Origin: an uncultured Gemmatimonadaceae bacterium
GTDB lineage: Bacteria > Gemmatimonadota > Gemmatimonadetes > Gemmatimonadales > Gemmatimonadaceae
Assembly (NCBI GenBank): GCA_963817955.1
Contig: CAWFQK010000004.1
Location: forward strand, 160,001 to 224,000
DNA: 64,000 bases
Direction: 5' to 3'
How positions within the stretch are numbered: the first letter of the stretch is position 1; each line of letters opens with the position of its first letter. The position numbers and the translations under genes were made by a program. Of the stretch, positions 60,566 through 64,000 are shown piece by piece. The notes under the pieces were generated by a model, which was not told the DNA's origin, made no database searches, and saw nothing but the letters and a program-made list of their open reading frames with translations.

Positions 60566-61704
60566 CCAAGCCCGCCATGCCGCGCGGCGTCGCGATCCTC
60601 GGTTCGACGGGCTCGATCGGGACCACCGCGCTGCGCGTCCTCGATCGCCAGCGCGGTCTCTTTCGCGTGGCCGCGCTCACGGCGTTCAACAACGCAGCGC
60701 TCCTGAGCGAACAGGAAAGTCAGTTTCATCCGGCGTTCGTCGGCATCGCCAACGATGGCGCGTCCCTCCATTCGGAGTGGAGCGTGGGGCCGGAGTGCCT
60801 CGTGGAAGCGGCGGCCCGCGACGATGTGGACATCGTTCTGAATGCCGTGGTCGGTGCCGCCGGACTCGACGCGACTTTGGCGGCCCTGGCCCGCGGCAAA
60901 CGGGTCGCGCTCGCCAACAAGGAAACGCTTGTCATGGCGGGCGCGCTCGTCACCGATGCCTGTGCGGCGGGCGGCGGAGAAATCATTCCGGTGGACAGCG
61001 AGCACAGCGCAATTCTACAGTGCATCGCCGGCCGGCCGGATGTCGATGTACGGCGCGTGATCATTACCGCGTCGGGCGGACCCTTTCGCGAGTGGACGCC
61101 GGCGCAGCTCCACGCCGCCACGCTCGAGGAGGCGCTCCGCCATCCCACCTGGCAAATGGGACGAAAGATCACCGTGGACAGCGCGACGCTGGCAAACAAG
61201 GCACTCGAGGTGATCGAGGCACACTATCTGTTCGGCGTGCCGTATGACCGAATCGAGGTTGTCGTGCATCCCCAAAGCGTCGTGCATTCCTTCGTGGAGT
61301 TCGTTGACGGGAGCGTGCTCGCCCAGCTCGGTGTGCCGAGCATGGAACTGCCCGTCCTGTACGCGCTCACATACCCCGATCGCGTGCCGGACACTGGCGT
61401 GCCTGCCTTCGACCCGGTGGCGTTGTCGCCACTGACGTTCGAGCCCGTGCGCGCCGATCAGTTCCCTGCGTTCGCGCTGGGCATTGAAGCGGGGCGGAAG
61501 GGGGGCCCCGCGCCGGCAGTGTTCAACGCGGCGAACGAAGCAGCCGTGGCACTCTTTCTCGACGGTCACATATCCTTCCGCGACATCGGGCCGGCGATCG
61601 GTAGCGCGCTGGAGACACTCTCCGATGTTCCGGGTACCACTCGCGAGGCGATTCTCGCCGCAGACGCCGCGGCACGCCGTCACGTCCAGGAACGGTTTGC
61701 ATGA
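60562..61704 (+). CDS. dxr: DXP reductoisomerase
   Basis: GSTGSIG, LANKE, PVDSEH, TASGGPF, HPTWQMG.KIT.DSAT. Confidence 0.96.
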   Translation: MTKPAMPRGVAILGSTGSIGTTALRVLDRQRGLFRVAALTAFNNAALLSEQESQFHPAFVGIANDGASLHSEWSVGPECLVEAAARDDVDIVLNAVVGAAGLDATLAALARGKRVALANKETLVMAGALVTDACAAGGGEIIPVDSEHSAILQCIAGRPDVDVRRVIITASGGPFREWTPAQLHAATLEEALRHPTWQMGRKITVDSATLANKALEVIEAHYLFGVPYDRIEVVVHPQSVVHSFVEFVDGSVLAQLGVPSMELPVLYALTYPDRVPDTGVPAFDPVALSPLTFEPVRADQFPAFALGIEAGRKGGPAPAVFNAANEAAVALFLDGHISFRDIGPAIGSALETLSDVPGTTREAILAADAAARRHVQERFA

Positions 61705-63128
61705 TAGCAATCCTCGCTCCGATTCTCGTGTTCGGTCTCGTGATCTTCGTACACGAGTTCGGCCACTTCCTTGCCGCCAAGGCCGTTGGCGTGTACGCGC
61801 CGCGGTTCTCGATTGGTTTCGGTCCATCCATCTTCCGTTTTCGACGAGGCGAGACTGAGTACGTCCTCGCTTGGCTGCCGCTTGGCGGATACGTACGAAT
61901 GGCATCGCGGCATGACGCCGAGACCGCCTTCCTCGAGGGCGGATCGGAGGAGGAAACGGCTAAGGCGGAGACAGATACCGGTTACGATCCCGATGCGATG
62001 ATTCCGTTCGGGCCCAAGCCGGTGCCTGAGGACCGCTGGTTCGAGAGTAAACCGCTCTGGGCGCGGATCGTCATCATGATTGCTGGCGTGGTGATGAACG
62101 TGCTGCTTGCTGTCGTCGTCGCGGTCGCGCTGGCGTTCCACTATGGAAAGGTCGTCTATCCGTCGACGGTGGTCGGGACCGTACGTGTACCCGCGGCCGC
62201 CCCGGAGCTGGCGAATCTTCAGCTGGGCGATACGATCCGCGCGGTGAACGGCACCGCGGTCCATAGCTGGAACGAGGTTCAGAAGCAGATTGTCAACAGC
62301 GATCAAGCTGTCGACATCACGACCCAGCGCGGCAGCGTGCACGTGCCGCTCGTCAGGGGTCTGACCGCCGACGCCGTCGCGAGCGCCATCGCGTACTACA
62401 TATCGCCGGTGATCGATACGATCTTTGCCGGAGATCCCGCGGCGGTCGCCGGATTTCAGCGCGGCGATTCAATCGTGAGCGTCGAGGGCAAGCCCGTCCG
62501 GTCCTGGGCGGACATGGTGCAACAGGTGAGTGGATCGGCCGGTCGCCCGTTGACGTTCGTCGTTCAACGCAGTGGGGAGCCGCAGACCCTGACGGTGACG
62601 CCGAAGGCGGTACAGGAGCCCGATCCCCAAACCGGCGAGCCGCGCACGGTGGGAAAGATCGGTGCGGGGGCGAGGGACCTGTCGCGTCACGAGACTCTCG
62701 GGGTGGGCGAGTCGATCGCTGCGGGCGCTCGGATCACGCTGGCGAACGCCGGCGCAGTGTTCAAGGTCCTACACGATATCGGTGTGGGCACCGTGTCCGT
62801 GAAGCAGCTTGGCGGGCCGATCGCCATCACGCGTGCATCGGTGAGCGCCGCGAGGAATGGCATTGACGAACTGTTCTATCTCATTGCATTGTTGAGTATT
62901 AACGTCGCTGTGCTCAACCTGCTTCCCATCCCCATTCTGGATGGCGGGCAAATTCTGATCAACATCCTCGAGTCCGCGAAAGGCAGCCCGTTCAGCTTGC
63001 GAACCCGAGAGTATATCCTGCGTTTTGGGCTATTCGCGATTCTGCTGCTGTTCATGATCGTGATGTACAACGACACGCGCGGCGGATTCGTGAAGTTGTT
63101 CGGGTGGGTAGGGAAGCTGTTTGGGTGA
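61701..63128 (+). CDS. rseP: RIP metalloprotease RseP
   Basis: HEFGH, PLGGYV, PDZ domain(s), NLLPIPILDGG. Confidence 0.95.
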   Translation: MIAILAPILVFGLVIFVHEFGHFLAAKAVGVYAPRFSIGFGPSIFRFRRGETEYVLAWLPLGGYVRMASRHDAETAFLEGGSEEETAKAETDTGYDPDAMIPFGPKPVPEDRWFESKPLWARIVIMIAGVVMNVLLAVVVAVALAFHYGKVVYPSTVVGTVRVPAAAPELANLQLGDTIRAVNGTAVHSWNEVQKQIVNSDQAVDITTQRGSVHVPLVRGLTADAVASAIAYYISPVIDTIFAGDPAAVAGFQRGDSIVSVEGKPVRSWADMVQQVSGSAGRPLTFVVQRSGEPQTLTVTPKAVQEPDPQTGEPRTVGKIGAGARDLSRHETLGVGESIAAGARITLANAGAVFKVLHDIGVGTVSVKQLGGPIAITRASVSAARNGIDELFYLIALLSINVAVLNLLPIPILDGGQILINILESAKGSPFSLRTREYILRFGLFAILLLFMIVMYNDTRGGFVKLFGWVGKLFG

Positions 63129-63229
63129 GCCTAAGTCTCCCCTTTACTTCAGCTTAGAAACAAGTTACGCTTCTGAGCTATCATACAATTGACAACGAAC
63201 ACCGCCGATCGGCCGGGAATTTCCTGCAC

Positions 63230-63490
63230 ATGGCTTTCGACAACACCAGCACCATCGAGAAGTACCGAACGCACGAGACCGACAGCGGCTCGACTCGCGT
63301 TCAGATCGCGCTCCTCAGCGAGCGCATCAAATATCTGACGGATCACTTCCGGACCCATAAGAAGGACCACCACGGTCGTCTTGGGCTCCTGAAGATGAAC
63401 GGCAAGCGTCGCCGGCTGCTCAACTATTTGAAGCGCACCGACGTCGGCGGTTACCGCCAGATCATCAAGGAACTGGGCTTACGGTACTAG
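63230..63490 (+). CDS. rpsO: 30S ribosomal protein S15
   Basis: [25 protein letters not shown]. Confidence 0.96.
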   Translation: MAFDNTSTIEKYRTHETDSGSTRVQIALLSERIKYLTDHFRTHKKDHHGRLGLLKMNGKRRRLLNYLKRTDVGGYRQIIKELGLRY

Positions 63491-63575
63491 GCCAGAGCCG
63501 AGCAGCATCGCGCGGGCGCAACAGTTGCGGCCCGCGCGTTTTGTATTCCCCTACAGCCATTTTCAGGCACAAGCA

Positions 63576-64000
63576 ATGATGCAACGCGTTGAGAAGACGT
63601 TTGCCGGGCGCAAGCTCGTCATCGAGACGGGCCGTATGGCCAAGCAGGCAGCCGGATCCGCCGTCGTCCAATTCGGCGACACGGTCGTCATGGCCGCCGT
63701 CACGGTAAGCGACAAGCAGAGCCCGCTGCCCTTCTTTCCTCTCACGGTCGAATACCGCGAGCGCACGTACGCGGCCGGCAAGATTCCCGGCGGCTACATC
63801 AAGCGTGAAGGACGTCCGAGCGATGCCGAGATTCTCTCGGCGCGCATCATCGATCGGTCCATCCGTCCGCTCTTTCCGGAAGGCTTCAAGAACGAGATTC
63901 AGGTCTTCGTCTACGTCGTGTCGACGGACCAGGAGAATGGTGCTGACGTCCTCGCGCTGATCGCCGCGTCCTTCGCCCTCAACGCATCGAAGATTCCGTT
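63576..64000 (+). CDS. pnp: Polynucleotide phosphorylase, 5' part (runs off window)
   Basis: [45 protein letters not shown]. Confidence 0.95.
   Translation, partial: MMQRVEKTFAGRKLVIETGRMAKQAAGSAVVQFGDTVVMAAVTVSDKQSPLPFFPLTVEYRERTYAAGKIPGGYIKREGRPSDAEILSARIIDRSIRPLFPEGFKNEIQVFVYVVSTDQENGADVLALIAASFALNASKIP

Overview
GC-rich bacterial chromosome segment; gene order and protein style suggest Gemmatimonadota (inference). Core blocks: dxs-NAD kinase-recN; a frameshifted glycosidase-like gene; tRNA-Gly and tRNA-Leu; ndh and tkt; a Rad52-like repair pair; the lysine/DAP operon through aroA-cmk-rpsA; an acyl-CoA carboxylase cluster; a duplicated pst-phoU locus; and rplM-rpsI-rpsB-tsf-pyrH-frr-cdsA-dxr-rseP-rpsO-pnp. 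The main accessory feature is a ~15.2 kb element integrated in tRNA-Leu(TAA), bounded by an exact 60-bp att repeat (7510-7569 / 22716-22775) with arm-type sites, but I find no integrase. It is a decayed phage/satellite-like island. It contains three IS remnants, RusA and DnaB fragments, an iteron origin with no Rep gene, an intact polbeta-type nucleotidyltransferase plus small ORF, a 7xPKD subtilase, and two ~75%-identical ~180-bp structured non-coding elements that each precede a cargo gene (best candidate for something undescribed). Outside the island are an ~840-bp foldback element after rpsA, dispersed GACACG(G/A) heptamer arrays, and inverted pstS paralogues sharing identical tracts. All family calls were made by eye from motifs; no searches were run.
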